A stretch of 64,000 nucleotides of DNA, from assembly GCA_963849325.1 (NCBI GenBank), contig CAWKHF010000001.1, positions 512,001-576,000 of the forward strand, read 5' to 3'. A model generated the notes under the pieces. The model was not told where the DNA came from, made no database searches, and saw nothing but the letters and a program-made list of their open reading frames with translations. The stretch comes from an uncultured Planctomycetota bacterium. Its GTDB lineage: Bacteria > Planctomycetota > Planctomycetia > Gemmatales > Gemmataceae. Positions 61,841 through 64,000 of the stretch are shown here, one piece after another. Numbering within the stretch: position 1 is the first letter of the stretch; each line of letters starts with the position of its first letter. The translations under genes were made by a program, and so were the position numbers.

Positions 61841-62851
61841 TCATGCCTCGCGCCATTCTTCGGGCGTCACCAGGTTGAGCAGCGGCCGGCCGGCCAGATA
61901 GCGCTCGACGTTCTGTGCGAACAGGTCCGCCATGCGTCCGGGAAAGGCCCGGCTGTGATCGGCGCCGGAGACGTGCGGCGTCAGGATCACGTTGGGCATG
62001 CGCCACAGCGGATGCTGTGGCGGCAGCGGGTAGGCGAAGTGCGTGTCGAGGGCGGCCCCGGCGATCCAGCCCTCGCGCAGGGCCGTCAGAAGCGCCGCCT
62101 CGTGAACGATCGGACCCCGAGCCGGGTTCAGCAGGAACGCCGTCTCGGGCAGCGCTTGCAGCTCGCGGGCGCCGATCCGGCCCGTGGTCCGCTGCGTGTG
62201 CGGCAGGGCGAGGACGAGGAAATCCAGGCCGGCGAGAAAGTCCAGTTCCTGACCCGGCGTGAAGAAGCGGTCGGGCAGAACGCCCTCCGGGTCGCCGCTG
62301 CCGGGCAGCGTGTAGGCGTCGTGGCGCGGGCCGCCGCCCGAACGCGACATCGCATACACGGTCAGGCCGAACGCCTTCGCCAGACGCGCCGTCTCGCGGC
62401 CGATGCCGCCATAGCCCCACAGGCCAACCACCCGGCCGCGCACCTCCTGCTGAAAGCGCGCGTCCCGGTCCCAGACAGCGCGGTCCTGATTGTGCATCAG
62501 GCCGCGTAGGTCGCGCGTCAGGTTAATCATCATCGCCAGGTTCCACTCGGCGATGGCCGTGTCGAACAGGCCGCGCGCGTTGCAGACACGCACGCGGCGG
62601 TCGGCCAACCCCAGATGGCGCAGGTGCTCGTAACCGACGGTGGCCAGTTGCATCAACTCCAGGTCGGTCAGATCCTCGAAGTTTTTCGGCGGCCTCTTGC
62701 ACAGCAGCACATGCGCGCCGCGCAGCAGATCGGCGGCGACCGGCTCGTCGGCGGCGCGAGGCGGCAGCGCTTCCACCGTCACGCCGGGCAGTTCGCGCAA
62801 GCGCCGAAGGCCGGCTTCGTCGAGGGCGAGGTCGAGGAGGATTTTCTTCAT
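61841..62851 (-). CDS. D-2-hydroxyacid dehydrogenase
   Basis: GYGGIG, LPHT..T, NPARG, GAALD and ILTPHVSG. Confidence 0.93.
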   Translation of the reverse strand: MKKILLDLALDEAGLRRLRELPGVTVEALPPRAADEPVAADLLRGAHVLLCKRPPKNFEDLTDLELMQLATVGYEHLRHLGLADRRVRVCNARGLFDTAIAEWNLAMMINLTRDLRGLMHNQDRAVWDRDARFQQEVRGRVVGLWGYGGIGRETARLAKAFGLTVYAMSRSGGGPRHDAYTLPGSGDPEGVLPDRFFTPGQELDFLAGLDFLVLALPHTQRTTGRIGARELQALPETAFLLNPARGPIVHEAALLTALREGWIAGAALDTHFAYPLPPQHPLWRMPNVILTPHVSGADHSRAFPGRMADLFAQNVERYLAGRPLLNLVTPEEWREA

Positions 62852-62959
62852 CGCACGTCGGTCATTGGTCCAGGGGATCGAAAAATATATTCTACGTTTA
62901 GCAGCGGCACCGATTCGACAACCTACCTGGACCGGCCCACCACCCCGAGAGTACCCCCC

Positions 62960-64000
62960 ATGATACGACAAGCGTTTGCCGTAATGGCCCTGCTCGTTCC
63001 GTGTCTCTGCGCCGCGATCCGCGCCGACGACTGGCCCGAGTTCCGCGGGCCGACCGGACAGGGACTTGTCCCCAAGGGCGATCTGCCCCTCTCCTGGGGC
63101 AAGGACAAGAACGTCGCATGGAAGCAGACCATCCCCGGCCGAGGATGGTCTTCGCCGGTCGTGGTCGGAGGACGAGTTTACCTGACGACGAGCGTGCCGG
63201 CCCGCGACGGCAGCGATCAGCTGCTCGAAGCCATCTGTCTGAATGCGGACAAGGGCGAGGTGCTTTGGGAGAAAGAAGTCTTCCGCCAGGACGGCAAGAA
63301 ATCGCCGCGCATCCACGCCAAGAACAGCCACGCCAGTCCGACGCCGATCGTGCGCGGCGATCGGCTGTTCGTCCACTTCGGCCACCAGGGGACCGCCTGC
63401 CTCGACCTGCAAGGCAAGGTGCTGTGGCGCAACACCAGCCTCCGCTACGCGCCGGTACACGGCAACGGCGGTTCGCCGATCCTCGTCGGCGACGCGCTGG
63501 TCTTCAGCTGCGACGGCGGCGACAAGCGTTTTGTCGCGGCGCTGAACGTCGCCGACGGCAAGGTACTCTGGAAGACCGAACGCACCGGCGAGGCGGCCAA
63601 AAAGTTCTCCTTCAGCACGCCGCTGTTGATCGAGGTCAAGGGACACAAGCAGATCATCAGTCCGGGCAGCAACGTCGTCTGCGCCTACGACCCGGCGGAC
63701 GGCCGTGAAATCTGGCGCGTGCGCTACGACGGTTATTCGGTCATCCCGCGTCCGGTGTACGGTCACGGACTGCTGTTCATCAGCACCGGCTACGACCGGC
63801 CGAGCCTGCTGGCGATCCGCGCCGACGGCAACGGCGATGTCACCGATACGCACGTCGTCTGGAGGACGAACAAGGCGGTGCCGCACGCGCCGTCGCCGCT
63901 GCTGGTCGGCGACGAGCTGTACCTGGTGTCGGACAACGGCCAGGCCAGCTGCCGCGATGCCCGGACGGGCCGGATATACTGGCAGGAACGGATCGGCGGC
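62960..64000 (+). CDS. PQQ-like beta-propeller repeat protein, 3'-partial
   Basis: Signal peptide, DWPEFRGPTG, G.SSPVV and repeated G..W motifs. Confidence 0.92.
   Translation, partial: MIRQAFAVMALLVPCLCAAIRADDWPEFRGPTGQGLVPKGDLPLSWGKDKNVAWKQTIPGRGWSSPVVVGGRVYLTTSVPARDGSDQLLEAICLNADKGEVLWEKEVFRQDGKKSPRIHAKNSHASPTPIVRGDRLFVHFGHQGTACLDLQGKVLWRNTSLRYAPVHGNGGSPILVGDALVFSCDGGDKRFVAALNVADGKVLWKTERTGEAAKKFSFSTPLLIEVKGHKQIISPGSNVVCAYDPADGREIWRVRYDGYSVIPRPVYGHGLLFISTGYDRPSLLAIRADGNGDVTDTHVVWRTNKAVPHAPSPLLVGDELYLVSDNGQASCRDARTGRIYWQERIGG

Noticed and set aside
8141-63886. Long antisense ORFs (e.g. 8141-10048, the 5' part of 24967-27012, 43167-44378, the 5' part of 61841-63886)
   Set aside because: Stop-poor shadows of real genes, as expected in high-GC DNA.

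Overview
High-GC (~68%) bacterial DNA, most likely from a planctomycete of the Gemmataceae type. This is inferred from the PVC-type CxxCH heme protein, DUF4058, PQQ-propeller and zinc-ribbon/DUF4190 genes. Many genes are split by single-base indels, which look like long-read errors rather than decay. In order, the window holds: an isoaspartyl peptidase/asparaginase; a type II R-M pair (beta-class SPPY methyltransferase plus XhoI/PaeR7I-family nuclease); a lipid kinase; a 7-gene array of atypical, CCA-less tRNAs; RND pump, MFP and site-2 protease genes; a ~35.5 kb flagellar cluster (10.7-46.1 kb); and then housekeeping and accessory genes. The flagellar cluster is the most unusual part. It has one MotA with two MotB paralogs whose peptidoglycan-binding motifs are eroded, and a FliM without the CheY-binding N-terminus. 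It also carries an HDOD-GGDEF-MshEN-like cyclase, a PilZ protein and TPR/STN-like candidate scaffold proteins, but no flgF/G/H/I/K/L. Sigma28-like promoters with different spacer lengths precede both early and late operons. At least nine families of REP/REPIN-like or heptamer inverted repeats occur. Some supply stop codons and one sits in-frame inside a CDS.
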